The notes below the pieces were generated by a model. It did no database searches. It was not told where the DNA came from and worked only from the letters and a program-made list of their open reading frames with translations. The position numbers and the translations under genes are program-made. Below are positions 6,304-15,426 of a DNA stretch of 45,072 nucleotides, one piece after another. Source of the DNA: Candidatus Bathyarchaeota archaeon (GTDB lineage: Archaea > Thermoproteota > Bathyarchaeia > TCS64 > B23). The stretch's first letter is position 1, and the number at the start of each line of letters is the position of its first letter. The stretch covers positions 1 to 45,072 of the forward strand of contig JAGHBJ010000063.1 of assembly GCA_021161045.1 (NCBI GenBank), read 5' to 3'.

Positions 6304-7041
6304 ATGAGAGGATTAGATCCCCTCCGTGAGGCCTTGATGAGGAGGATAGCAGGGGAGATCGTCATCTCCCCGAATCCCGGCCTGGCGATGAGGAAGTGGC
6401 GTAACCTCCTCCAGGCCAGCCAGGTTGAGGTGGCTGAGGAGCTGGGATGCTCGCCATCGGTGATCAGCGATTATGAGGCTGGCCGTCGACGCTCACCTGG
6501 AAGTAACTTCATCAAACGCTTCGTCGAGGCCCTCTTAGAAATCGATCAGAGGCGTGGGGGGCGCTACACGAGGGAGCTGGCCAGGATCACCATCGATGTC
6601 AGCGACATCTTCCTAGATATGAGGGAGTTCACCTCCCCTGCCACCGCCAGGAGGATATGTGAAGCCGTGGAGGGAGAGGTGCTGGCCTGCCCAGAGGCGT
6701 TGGATAGGGAGGTCTACGGCTACACCATCATCGACAGCCTTAAGGCGATCCAAACCCTCTCCGGATTGGAGTTCTACCGAATCTTCGGCTCCACCAGTGA
6801 GAGGGCACTAGTCTTCACCGGAGTCAGTCGGGGTAGGTCTCCGATGATCGCCGTGAAGATCAGCCCCCTAAAGCCCCGCATCGTCATCCTCCACGGCGTC
6901 AGGGGGAAGGTGGATCCCCTGGCGGTCTCCCTGGCGGAGGGGGAGGGGATACCCCTCGCAGTCTCGAGATTGAAGTCTGAGGATGAGCTCGTCGATGCAC
7001 TTCTACAACTCTACCATTCCCTCTCAAGACAGGTGAGATGA
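6304..7041 (+). CDS. XRE-family HTH transcriptional regulator, archaeal COG1395-like
   Basis: MRKWRNLLQASQVEVAEELGCSPSVISDYEAGRR is an HTH_3-type motif followed by a roughly 180-aa conserved archaeal domain. The start was chosen at ATG 6304, because the track start at 6199 lies inside porB and the terminator. Confidence 0.7.
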   Translation: MRGLDPLREALMRRIAGEIVISPNPGLAMRKWRNLLQASQVEVAEELGCSPSVISDYEAGRRRSPGSNFIKRFVEALLEIDQRRGGRYTRELARITIDVSDIFLDMREFTSPATARRICEAVEGEVLACPEALDREVYGYTIIDSLKAIQTLSGLEFYRIFGSTSERALVFTGVSRGRSPMIAVKISPLKPRIVILHGVRGKVDPLAVSLAEGEGIPLAVSRLKSEDELVDALLQLYHSLSRQVR

Positions 7042-8664
7042 CTAAGGTCTCTTAGCCCTCAGCCTCCTCTCCAGAGCCGCCTTTACGAAGCCGTAGTAGG
7101 GGGGTGAGGGCTTCCAGGGTCTGCTCTTAAACTCGGGGTGGAACTGGGTGGCGAGGAAGAAGGGGTGATTGGGGAGCTCCATGATCTCCTTACGCCTCCC
7201 ATCTAGGCTCCAGCCGGAGAATACGACGCCCGCCTCCTCGAGTCTATCCCAATACCTTGGGTTCACCTCCCATCGATGCCTATGCCTCTCATATATCAGC
7301 TCCGAGCCGTAGAGGCTGTGGGCGAGGGTTCCAGGCTTCACAACCACGGGGTGGGAGCCAAGCCTCATGGTTCCACCAAGCTCGTCGATCTCCCTCTGCT
7401 CCGGCAGGAGATCGATGACGGGATGCGGCGTATCTGGGTCGCACTCCGTGGTGTGAGCATCCTCCAGGCCGAGGACGTGGCGTGAATACTCGACGACGCT
7501 GAGCTGGAAGCCGTAGCAGATGCCGAGGAAGGGTATCCCCCTCATTCTGGCATACTCTATCGCCGCGATCTTACCCTCGACGCCGCGTTCTCCAAAGCCC
7601 CCTGGGACGAGGATCCCATCGAAGTCTGAGAGCATCTCAACTCTGCTGGGATCCTCCTCAAACTCCTCCGTCTCTATGAACTCTATGTTCACCCTACAGC
7701 CGTTGGCCGCCCCTGCATGCCTCAAGGCCTCGTTTACGCTGACGTAGGCGTCGGCGAACTCTGCGTATTTGCCGCAGAGGGCGATGCGAACGGTCTCCTT
7801 GGCATCCTTAAACCTCTGGACTATGCTTCTCCACTCACTCCAGTCTGGTTTACGATTCTCGAGGCCGAGGTATTCGCAGAGGAGCTCGCCCATACCCTGC
7901 TCCTCGAGGACGAGGGGCAGCTCATAGATGGGGTCGACGTTTATCGATGTGAAGACGGCCCTCTCCTCGACGTTGCAGTATAATGCGATCTTCCGTTTCT
8001 GCTCCTCCGGCAGCAGCCCCCACTCGCATCTTGCGACGATGATGTCGGGCTGAAGCCCTATGGCCCTAAGCTCCTTGACGCTGTGCTGAGTCGGCTTCGT
8101 CTTAGGCTCCCCCACGGCCTTGAGAACGGGGACTAGGGTGACGTGAACCAGCAGTGTGTCGCCTCGATGCTCCTCCAGCCGCATCTGCCTGAAGGCCTCT
8201 AGGAAGGGGAGGCCCTCTATGTCTCCGACGGTTCCACCGCACTCGACGAGGAGGACGTCCACATCCGTCTTCTCGGCTACCAGCCTCACTCGACGCTTGA
8301 TCTCATCGGTGATGTGTGGAATTATCTGGACGCATCGTCCAAGGTATTCGCCTCGACGTTCACGCTCGATGACCGTCTTATATATCTGGCCCGAGGTGAT
8401 ATTGTTCAGCCTCGTTAGGTTTACGCCTAGAAACCTCTCATAGGAGCCTAGATCCATGTCGGCCTCATAGCCGTCGTCAAGGACGAAGACCTCGCCATGT
8501 ATATAGGGGTTCATAGTCCCCGCGTCGACGTTGATGTAGGGGTCGCATTTCACAGCCGTAACCTTGAAGCCTCGAACCTGCAGCATCTTCCCGATGCTGC
8601 AGGTCACTAACCCCTTACCCAATCCACTCAGGACGCCACCGGTTATGAAGACATACTTAGTCAA
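7042..8664 (-). CDS. pyrG: CTP synthase
   Basis: [18 protein letters not shown] is at the N-terminus. The C-terminal glutamine amidotransferase domain has GICYGFQ and HRHRWEVN. The 540-aa length is typical. Confidence 0.95.
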   Translation of the reverse strand: MTKYVFITGGVLSGLGKGLVTCSIGKMLQVRGFKVTAVKCDPYINVDAGTMNPYIHGEVFVLDDGYEADMDLGSYERFLGVNLTRLNNITSGQIYKTVIERERRGEYLGRCVQIIPHITDEIKRRVRLVAEKTDVDVLLVECGGTVGDIEGLPFLEAFRQMRLEEHRGDTLLVHVTLVPVLKAVGEPKTKPTQHSVKELRAIGLQPDIIVARCEWGLLPEEQKRKIALYCNVEERAVFTSINVDPIYELPLVLEEQGMGELLCEYLGLENRKPDWSEWRSIVQRFKDAKETVRIALCGKYAEFADAYVSVNEALRHAGAANGCRVNIEFIETEEFEEDPSRVEMLSDFDGILVPGGFGERGVEGKIAAIEYARMRGIPFLGICYGFQLSVVEYSRHVLGLEDAHTTECDPDTPHPVIDLLPEQREIDELGGTMRLGSHPVVVKPGTLAHSLYGSELIYERHRHRWEVNPRYWDRLEEAGVVFSGWSLDGRRKEIMELPNHPFFLATQFHPEFKSRPWKPSPPYYGFVKAALERRLRAKRP

Positions 8665-8722
8665 GGTGACCGCCTGAGGGTTAACATGCGGAAATGTCGC
8701 TCAACCCCTATAAACCCTTCCC

Positions 8723-9946
8723 CTAAGCCCCAAAGCGCTCAACGCGGTCGAGGAGGTTCATCAATATCGGCATGAGGTCTACACCCCTAATCCTTCCAAG
8801 TCCACCTCTGGCGCATAGCCTCTCCGAGTAGGCATCAACGTCGTCCATCCTCACCTCTGGCCCCCATATGGCTATGGGTACGGGGTCTCCGACATGCTCC
8901 CTCACCCTTATGCTGGAGGTATGGTCAGCCGTGACGGCGATGTAGGTCTCCTCAACGTGGTTGAGGAGGTAACCCACCAGGTCGTCGATCTTCTCGATGA
9001 CCATCATCTTCGCCTCCACGTCGCCGTCATGTGTGGCGTTGTCAGTCCCCTTAACATGGATGTAGACGAGGTCATAGTCGCTGAGGAGCTTCACCGCTAC
9101 CCTCGCCTTGGAGACCGCGTCGGTGTCAACTCCCCCAGTGGCCCCTGGAGCATCGTAGAGGTCGAGGCCCGCCGCTGCGCAGGCCCCCCTAACCGTCGGC
9201 GTGACGGCGACGCAGGCGCCCTTGACGCCGTAGATCTCCCTGAGAGGCTTCACCCTCGGCGGAGCTCCGGCGCCCCTGAGTATGATGGCGTTAGCTGGAG
9301 GCAATCCTCTCTCCCTTCGCTCCCTATTGATGGGATGCCTCTCCATCTTCTCCCTCAACAGCTCGTATAGTTTGTTTAGGATGTCAGCCGTCCTCTCGGC
9401 CTCCGGAGAGCCGTCTAGGGCCTCAGCCTTGAGGGGTGGAACCCCCGTCTTATGGGGGTCGATGTCGGAGACCCTCCAGCTTAGCCTCTCACCCCTGAGG
9501 ACGACGACGAGCCTATGCCCCAGCGTCGGCCTCACTAGGATCTCTACATCTTGATAAGCGTCGAGCTTCACGTCGCTGAGATACTCTTTGAATATGGTGC
9601 CATCGATCCTTCCGGCTCGTCGGTCGACGATGACGCCGTCCCTAATGGTGGCGAAGTTTCCCCTCAATGCCACGTCTCCCTCCCCCATCTCTATCCCTGC
9701 GCCTAAGGCCTCAAGGGCGCCCCGCCCCCGATAGCATTTATAGGGGTCATAGCCCAATAGGGCGAGGTTGGCCACATCGCTTCCAGGAGGCCTCCCAGGG
9801 GAGAGGATATCCATGATTCCGCAGACGCCACTTCGAGCTATCTCATCGAGATTAGGCGTCTCAGCGGCCTCCAGCGGCGTCCTTCCCCCAAGCTTCCTTA
9901 GGGGGCGGTCGGCCATCCCATCCCCGACGACGATAACAGCCTTCAT
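8723..9946 (-). CDS. apgM: 2,3-bisphosphoglycerate-independent phosphoglycerate mutase, archaeal type
   Basis: The N-terminus VVGDGMADRP, the ADHTS metal-site region and the roughly 407-aa length are typical of archaeal ApgM. Confidence 0.9.
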   Translation of the reverse strand: MKAVIVVGDGMADRPLRKLGGRTPLEAAETPNLDEIARSGVCGIMDILSPGRPPGSDVANLALLGYDPYKCYRGRGALEALGAGIEMGEGDVALRGNFATIRDGVIVDRRAGRIDGTIFKEYLSDVKLDAYQDVEILVRPTLGHRLVVVLRGERLSWRVSDIDPHKTGVPPLKAEALDGSPEAERTADILNKLYELLREKMERHPINRERRERGLPPANAIILRGAGAPPRVKPLREIYGVKGACVAVTPTVRGACAAAGLDLYDAPGATGGVDTDAVSKARVAVKLLSDYDLVYIHVKGTDNATHDGDVEAKMMVIEKIDDLVGYLLNHVEETYIAVTADHTSSIRVREHVGDPVPIAIWGPEVRMDDVDAYSERLCARGGLGRIRGVDLMPILMNLLDRVERFGA

Positions 9947-9969
9947 CCACAGCCCTAGGAGATGCTGAG

Positions 9970-9977
9970 ATTTAAAT
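9970..9977. promoter_or_regulatory. Single palindromic TATA box ATTTAAAT in the 65-nt divergent apgM/proS intergenic region
   Basis: It lies 24-31 nt from the apgM start (9946) and 35-42 nt from the proS ATG (10012). It is the only AT-rich element in the spacer. Confidence 0.4.
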
Positions 9978-10011
9978 GGGTGGTGTTGAAGATTAGTGGG
10001 GCTGGTGTGGG

Positions 10012-11433
10012 ATGGAGAAGGATGAGAATTTCAGCGAGTGGTTTGACAGGGTTCTGAGGGAGGCTGAGATCGTCGATGACCGATATCCCGTGAAGGGCTT
10101 CGTAGTCTATCGGGGATGGGGATATGAGATTGCGAGGAGGATCGCCTCCATATTGGAGGAGCTCCTGGAGGAGGATGGCCATCAGCCGGTGCTGTTCCCG
10201 ACGGTCATCCCAGAGGACGCCTTCAGGAGGGAGGCTGAGCATATAGCTGGCTTCTCAGGGGAGGTCTTCTGGATCACCCACGCCGGTGAGAGGAGGCTGG
10301 AGAGGAGGCTGATCCTGAGGCCGACATCCGAGACGGCTATCTACCCCCTATTCAAGCTGTGGATAAGAAGCCATGCGGATCTGCCTCTGAAGATCCATCA
10401 GACCTGCACAGTCTACCGCTATGAGACCAAGGCGACGAGGCCGCTTTATAGGGGGCGTGAGTTCCTATGGAACGAGGCTCATACAGCCCACGTCGACTTC
10501 GAGGATGCTGAGAGGCAGGTGAAGAAGGGCGTCGAGATATACTCGAAGGTCTTCGACAAGCTCTGCCTCAGCTACCTCATTCTCCGCAGACCCGAGTTCG
10601 ACAAGTTTGCGGGAGCAGTCTATAGCATCGCCTTCGACACCTGGAATCCTGATGGTAAGGTCAACCAGATAGGGACGGTTCATCACCTCGGGGAGAACTT
10701 CGCAAGGGCCTTTGACGTCACCTACGAGGATCCGACGGGTCGTCAGCGCTACGCCTCCACCACCTGCTACGGCCTTGGGATCAGCAGAACCATAGCGGCC
10801 GTCATAGCCCACCACGGCGATGATCACGGCCTTGTTCTGCCTCCGGTCATCGCTCCGAAGCAGGTTGTCATCGTCCCGATCCCCATGAAGGGATATGAGG
10901 AGGCCGTCGCAGAATACGCCGTCGAGGTTGAGGGGGTTCTCAGCGAAGGAGGCTTAAGGGTGATCCTCGACGACGACCCGAAGCGGAGGCCTGGCGAGAA
11001 GTTCTATAAGTGGGAGATGTTCGGCATCCCCGTTAGGGTTGAGATCGGCCCAAAGGAGGTGGAGGGGAGGACGCTCACCCTTGTCAGGAGGGACACCCTG
11101 GAGAGATGTGAGACACCCCTAGATGGGGCTGTGGAGGCTATTAGGGTTTTGTTCAAGGAGATCGAGGAGAATCTCAGGGAGAGGAGTTGGAGCAGGCTGA
11201 GAAGCGAGATCGGGGAGGCCAGCAACCTGGAGGAGTTGAGGAGGCTGATGGAGGAGAGGCGAATTGTCAGAGTGAACTGGTGCGGCTCAGATGAATGCGC
11301 CGAGAGGATGAAGGAGGAGGTCGCAGGAGAAATTAGGGGCATGAGATGGGATGAGGAGGAGACGCCGACGGGGCCTTGCATCGCATGCGGCGGGGAAGCC
11401 CTCTACGTCGTCTATGTCTCCAGAGCCTATTAG
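10012..11433 (+). CDS. proS: Prolyl-tRNA synthetase (archaeal/eukaryal type)
   Basis: The N-terminus FSEWFDRVLREAEIVDDRYPVKG, the class II core and the C-terminal zinc-binding CGSDEC...CIACG are characteristic. Confidence 0.95.
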   Translation: MEKDENFSEWFDRVLREAEIVDDRYPVKGFVVYRGWGYEIARRIASILEELLEEDGHQPVLFPTVIPEDAFRREAEHIAGFSGEVFWITHAGERRLERRLILRPTSETAIYPLFKLWIRSHADLPLKIHQTCTVYRYETKATRPLYRGREFLWNEAHTAHVDFEDAERQVKKGVEIYSKVFDKLCLSYLILRRPEFDKFAGAVYSIAFDTWNPDGKVNQIGTVHHLGENFARAFDVTYEDPTGRQRYASTTCYGLGISRTIAAVIAHHGDDHGLVLPPVIAPKQVVIVPIPMKGYEEAVAEYAVEVEGVLSEGGLRVILDDDPKRRPGEKFYKWEMFGIPVRVEIGPKEVEGRTLTLVRRDTLERCETPLDGAVEAIRVLFKEIEENLRERSWSRLRSEIGEASNLEELRRLMEERRIVRVNWCGSDECAERMKEEVAGEIRGMRWDEEETPTGPCIACGGEALYVVYVSRAY

Positions 11434-11518
11434 TCGTCGCATCCCCATCGATGATACGTCGAGGGAGTCGTTTGGGGCGTAGGGATAATAATGGCTCTCC
11501 AGCCTCTATATTGATGGA

Positions 11519-12058
11519 TTGGCTTACCAGCCCGCAGAGGATTCCTATCTCCTGTTGAGGCATGTTGAGCGCCTAGTTTGGGGCCTAGTCCTCGACATGG
11601 GAACGGGGAGCGGCATCCAGGCCTTGGGAGCCGCCTCTAGGGTTGAGGTGGAGAGGGTTGTGGCTGTGGACATCGACCCGAAGGCTATTAGAGATGCTGA
11701 TAGGAATCTGAGAGAAGCGGGCTTGAGGCATCGTGTGGAGCTCCTCATCGCAGACCTATTCTCAGCTCTCAGACCTCTCAGCCTCTTCAACTGGATCGTC
11801 TTCAATCCGCCATATCTCCCCTCTGAGGGTGCTGTGGATGAGCCTTCATGGGCTGGAGGCCCCAGGGGTGGAGAGGTGATAGAACGCTTCCTCCGAGAGG
11901 CCTCCAGCTACCTCAGAGATGAGGGGGGCATTCTACTAGTATATTCGACGTTGACGGGGCTTGATGAAGACATCTTCATGGGTTATAGGGTTGAGGTGTT
12001 GGAGGTTCTACCCCTCTTCTATGAGCGTCTCCTCTGCGTCTGTCTCAGGCCTTCCTGA
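11519..12058 (+). CDS. HemK/Mtq2-like SAM-dependent methyltransferase (NPPY family)
   Basis: YQPAEDSYLL is at the N-terminus, with SAM motif I DMGTGSGIQ and catalytic NPPY. The TTG start is the first start codon after an in-frame TAA at 11489-11491. Confidence 0.75.
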   Translation: MAYQPAEDSYLLLRHVERLVWGLVLDMGTGSGIQALGAASRVEVERVVAVDIDPKAIRDADRNLREAGLRHRVELLIADLFSALRPLSLFNWIVFNPPYLPSEGAVDEPSWAGGPRGGEVIERFLREASSYLRDEGGILLVYSTLTGLDEDIFMGYRVEVLEVLPLFYERLLCVCLRPS

Positions 12059-12362
12059 AGCCCATGTAGAGGCCGAAGGCGAAGCTGGCTCCGAAGGGGA
12101 TATGGCTGAGGGCGTCGACGAGGACGCTTTGAGTCCCCTCCGTTAAGCCTAAGAGGTGTAGAACCCAATCCTGGAGGACATCGTAGTTTATGACGATGAT
12201 CCCCTTATAGGCTAGGTATTGCAGCAGGAGGAAGCCGAGGCCGAGGATGACGGCGAGGATCTTAGCGATCTTCTTCAGAGCGTAGCCTACTAAGAAGCCT
12301 CCCACGGCTCCGATGCCAACCTCACCTGCGACGGGGGTGAAGATCTCCCAGGGAATCTCCAT
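12045..12362 (-). CDS. FUN14-family small membrane protein
   Basis: Three predicted hydrophobic helices are present, along with the motif GAVGGFLVGYALKKIAKI that is typical of FUN14 proteins. Confidence 0.6.
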   Translation of the reverse strand: MEIPWEIFTPVAGEVGIGAVGGFLVGYALKKIAKILAVILGLGFLLLQYLAYKGIIVINYDVLQDWVLHLLGLTEGTQSVLVDALSHIPFGASFAFGLYMGFRKA

Positions 12363-12395
12363 CGATGTGATCTCCCCCCACTCGATATTTATCGA

Positions 12396-13340
12396 TTAGT
12401 CCCTCACCAAATGGGTTCCGGCTTCCCCCTCCAGGGCCTCCACGGCTTGATTCAGCGACGCGATGATGGCTCTTTCACCTCCATGCTCCAGGAACCTTAT
12501 ACAGGCCTCAACTTTAGGCCCCATACTCCCAGGGGGGAATTGACCCTCAGCCATGTAGGCCTTAGCCTCCTCAAGGGTCATCCTCCGGATCAGCCTCTGC
12601 GTTGGCTTTCCATAGTCGAGCATCGCCCCCTCCACGTCGGTGAGGATCAGCAGCACATCAGCCTCCACCTCCTCCGCCAGCTTCTCCCCAGCGAGGTCCT
12701 TGTCGATGACGGCGTCGACGCCCTCCAGCCTCCCATCTTCATCTCTCACAACGGGGATTCCTCCGCCTCCCGAGGCGATGACTATGGCTCCACTCTCCAC
12801 CATCCGCTTTATGGCTGGAGCCTCCACTATTCCGAGGGGCTGAGGTGAGGGGACAACTCGCCTCCAACCCTTCTCAGCCCCTGGGCGGACGAGTCTAAAT
12901 CTCCATCCCTTCTCCCCCTCCAGCCTCTTAGCCTCCTCCTCCGTGTAGAAGGGCCCTATGGGCTTATGGGGATCCTGGAAGTCTGGGTCATTCCTGTCGA
13001 CGAGAACTTGGGTGACGATGGTGACGATGGGCCTCTCGTCGCCGAGGACGTTTCTCAACGCCTGCTGGATCATGTATCCGATCTGGCCCTGAGTCATGGC
13101 TCCGAGGACGTGGAGGGGCTGAGGTGGGACGAGATTCTGAGCCTGCTCCTGCTGTATGGCGAGATTCCCCACCTGTGGGCCGTTTCCATGGGTGATGACG
13201 ATCTCATAGCCCCTACGGGCTATCTCAGCGATCTGCCTACAGGTGTTATAGACATTTCTCATCTGCTCCTCATAGGTTCCCCACTCATCGGGCTGCTTTA
13301 TGGCATTGCCGCCCAGAGCGATGAGGACACGCCTACCCAT
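12396..13340 (-). CDS. arcC: Carbamate kinase
   Basis: [14 protein letters not shown] and THGNGPQVG are carbamate kinase signatures. The start was chosen at internal ATG 13340 (314 aa), which removes the overlap with the divergent gene. Confidence 0.9.
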   Translation of the reverse strand: MGRRVLIALGGNAIKQPDEWGTYEEQMRNVYNTCRQIAEIARRGYEIVITHGNGPQVGNLAIQQEQAQNLVPPQPLHVLGAMTQGQIGYMIQQALRNVLGDERPIVTIVTQVLVDRNDPDFQDPHKPIGPFYTEEEAKRLEGEKGWRFRLVRPGAEKGWRRVVPSPQPLGIVEAPAIKRMVESGAIVIASGGGGIPVVRDEDGRLEGVDAVIDKDLAGEKLAEEVEADVLLILTDVEGAMLDYGKPTQRLIRRMTLEEAKAYMAEGQFPPGSMGPKVEACIRFLEHGGERAIIASLNQAVEALEGEAGTHLVRD

Positions 13341-13434
13341 CTCAAAAACACTCCGGCGAAGAGAGTTTTTAGGCCTACACTTAAAATGCTTCCGCACAGC
13401 CTTCATAAGCTCCCTATACGCCCTCTATAACAGA

Positions 13435-14481
13435 TTGACACAGAAGACCATACGGGAGGCCCTACTCTACGAGACTCACCCCGACGGCTCGGTGACCTGC
13501 AGAGTCTGCGAGCGCCGATGCCATATAGCTGAGGGCCATCGAGGCTTCTGCGGCTCCAGAATGAACCGAGACGGCAAGCTCTACACGCTTACATATGGAG
13601 ACCTCACATCTGTGGTCGTCAACCCGATAGAGAAGAAACCCCTCTTCCACTATTGGCCAGGGTCGGGAGCACTCTCAGCTGGAAGCTGGGGATGCAACCT
13701 AAGGTGCATCTACTGCCAGAACTATACGCTGAGTATGGTGGACGCCGACCCTAGGAGGGCATCCTACACCAGCCCAGAGGCCTTCATAAGACTCGCCCTG
13801 AACTCGGGGGCCAGGGGCCTTTCGTTTACCTTCAACGAGGCCTCCTGCACCCTCTTCGAATATATCCTCGACTGCTTCAGATTAGCCGCTGAGCAGGGCC
13901 TATATCGGAACTTGAACACCAACGCCTACTTCACGCTGGAGGCTCTGGAGCTCCTCATTGAAGCTGGACTCGACTCGCTTTGCATCGACATAAAGGGGGA
14001 TGAAGCCTTTTACAGGCGATACTGTAACGGGGCCGACGTAGAGGTGGTATGGCGAAACGCCATGGAGGCTAGACGTCGGGGGCTGCATATAGAGATGGTG
14101 AACCTCCTCATCCCTGGAGCCAACGACGATGAGGGATGCATCATGGAGATCATAGAGCGGACGCTGAAGCTGGGGAGGGATACGCCGCTCCACTTCACGA
14201 GGTTCTACCCTGCCTACAAGGCCTGGGAGTATGGATTGACGAAGACAACACCCATAAAGACGCTGGAGAAGGCGAGGGAGATGGCCCTTGATGCCGGTCT
14301 CCGATACGTCTACATCGGGAATGTCCCTGGGCATCTAGGGGAGAACACCTACTGCCCAGAATGCCAAGCCCTCCTCATAGAGCGCTATGGATTCTCAATT
14401 CTCGACTATCGCATCACAGAGGATGGGAGATGCCCAGAGTGTGGATACCCCATACCCATAGTGGGGAAAGTGATCCTATGA
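13435..14481 (+). CDS. amrS: AmmeMemoRadiSam-system-type radical SAM enzyme (PflA-like activase fold)
   Basis: An N-terminal Cys-rich region (CRVCERRCHIAEGHRGFCGSR) is followed by the radical SAM motif CNLRCIYCQN. A C-terminal CPECQ...CPECG is also present. The start was chosen at in-frame TTG 13435 to avoid overlap with arcC. The track start is 13300. Confidence 0.75.
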   Translation: MTQKTIREALLYETHPDGSVTCRVCERRCHIAEGHRGFCGSRMNRDGKLYTLTYGDLTSVVVNPIEKKPLFHYWPGSGALSAGSWGCNLRCIYCQNYTLSMVDADPRRASYTSPEAFIRLALNSGARGLSFTFNEASCTLFEYILDCFRLAAEQGLYRNLNTNAYFTLEALELLIEAGLDSLCIDIKGDEAFYRRYCNGADVEVVWRNAMEARRRGLHIEMVNLLIPGANDDEGCIMEIIERTLKLGRDTPLHFTRFYPAYKAWEYGLTKTTPIKTLEKAREMALDAGLRYVYIGNVPGHLGENTYCPECQALLIERYGFSILDYRITEDGRCPECGYPIPIVGKVIL

Positions 14482-15027
14482 TTCTCTCAGCCTATCCCCA
14501 GCCTTCCGAGGCGGATATATTGGAACACCATCCCTGATAACTGCGAACCTCGTCAACCTATGCCTCCGAATCCGACCCCTATCGATGATGTGTATCACCT
14601 CAACGCCCCTCGCATATAGGTGATCCGATATGATACGCCTATGACAACGCCAATAAAACCTCTCAGAACACATGATGGCCACACACCTCTCAGCGGCAAC
14701 CTCCAGAATCCTCTCAAGGCCCCGCCTAAACTCCTCCGTCAGAGCATAGTCGGCATAGTTCCTGAAGCCTCCACGGCTCCAACCCCTATTGGGCGAAGAT
14801 TCCCCAAGGCTGTATCGCCTATATCCACCGAGGACGTCGCCGAGCCATAGGTAGTCGATGCCCCTCTCCGAGAGGGCCTCCCTGAGATTGTCGCCGTTGA
14901 AGTGGGGATATCTCGAGGAGGTGGGCCAACGCCTAACGTCGACGACGATTTCAATCCCATACTCCTCTAGGAGCTCTAGGAATTCGCTCAGCCCCCTATT
15001 CGAGTGGCCTATGGTGTAGATCCTCAT
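14476..15027 (-). CDS. DUF488 family protein
   Basis: MRIYTIGHSNRGLSEFLELLEEYGIEIVVDVRRWPTSSRYPHF matches the DUF488 N-terminal signature (TIGHS...DVR..P.S). Confidence 0.75.
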   Translation of the reverse strand: MRIYTIGHSNRGLSEFLELLEEYGIEIVVDVRRWPTSSRYPHFNGDNLREALSERGIDYLWLGDVLGGYRRYSLGESSPNRGWSRGGFRNYADYALTEEFRRGLERILEVAAERCVAIMCSERFYWRCHRRIISDHLYARGVEVIHIIDRGRIRRHRLTRFAVIRDGVPIYPPRKAGDRLRES

Positions 15028-15173
15028 CCGCGATCATCGATTAGCTGCAGATATTAGAATGGATCTAAGGGCTATGGAGAAAGACCCTTCAAGGAAGAGA
15101 CCCTTCTCACTTGGCAAGGGATGTCATTTATTGGGTCTTATCATAAACGGGAGGTCGTTGATTTTTATTTAAA

Positions 15174-15251
15174 TGGTAGCGGGGGGTCGATTTGAACGAC
15201 CGACCTTGGGGTTATGAGCCCCACGGGCTAACCTGGCTGCCCCACCCCGCT
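15174..15251 (-). tRNA. tRNA-Met (anticodon CAT), initiator-like, with CCA encoded
   Basis: The minus strand reads AGCGGGG TG GGGC AGCCAGGTTA GCCC G TGGGG CTCATAA CCCCA AGGTC GGTCG TTCAAAT CGACC CCCCGCT ACCA, which folds as a full cloverleaf. The A1:U72 pair and three G:C pairs closing the anticodon stem are archaeal initiator features. Confidence 0.95.
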
Positions 15252-15277
15252 CCAGATTTGTGATGGTTGAACGAGGG

Positions 15278-15287
15278 CTTATAATCC
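15278..15287 (-). promoter_or_regulatory. TATA box (minus strand GGATTATAAG) about 30 nt upstream of the tRNA 5' end
   Basis: The position relative to the mature 5' end (15251) fits archaeal tRNA promoters. Confidence 0.5.
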
Positions 15288-15380
15288 TTTCGTGCATTTT
15301 CCCTTATGAAGAATCTTATCTGCGCTTCGATTATGGAATGGGTGTCCCCCTCATTGTTGAGGGCTACCTCGATATATTGA

Positions 15381-15400
15381 TATATAGAAATTTAAAATAT
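15381..15400 (+). promoter_or_regulatory. AT-rich TATA-like element (TATATAGAAATTTAAAATAT) upstream of the low-GC radical SAM gene
   Basis: TTTAAAATAT at 15391-15400 lies 27-36 nt upstream of ATG 15427. Confidence 0.4.
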
Positions 15401-15426
15401 TACCCCTCCTTAGAGGATAGAGCGTT

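Noticed and set aside
15149-15165. GGGAGGTCGTTGATTT resembles the tRNA 3' portion (GGGGGGTCGATTTGAAC at 15181-15197), a possible att-site remnant of an integrated element
   Set aside because: It has only about 12 matching positions with a gap, lies on the side of the tRNA opposite to the low-GC island, and has no integrase nearby. This is too weak.
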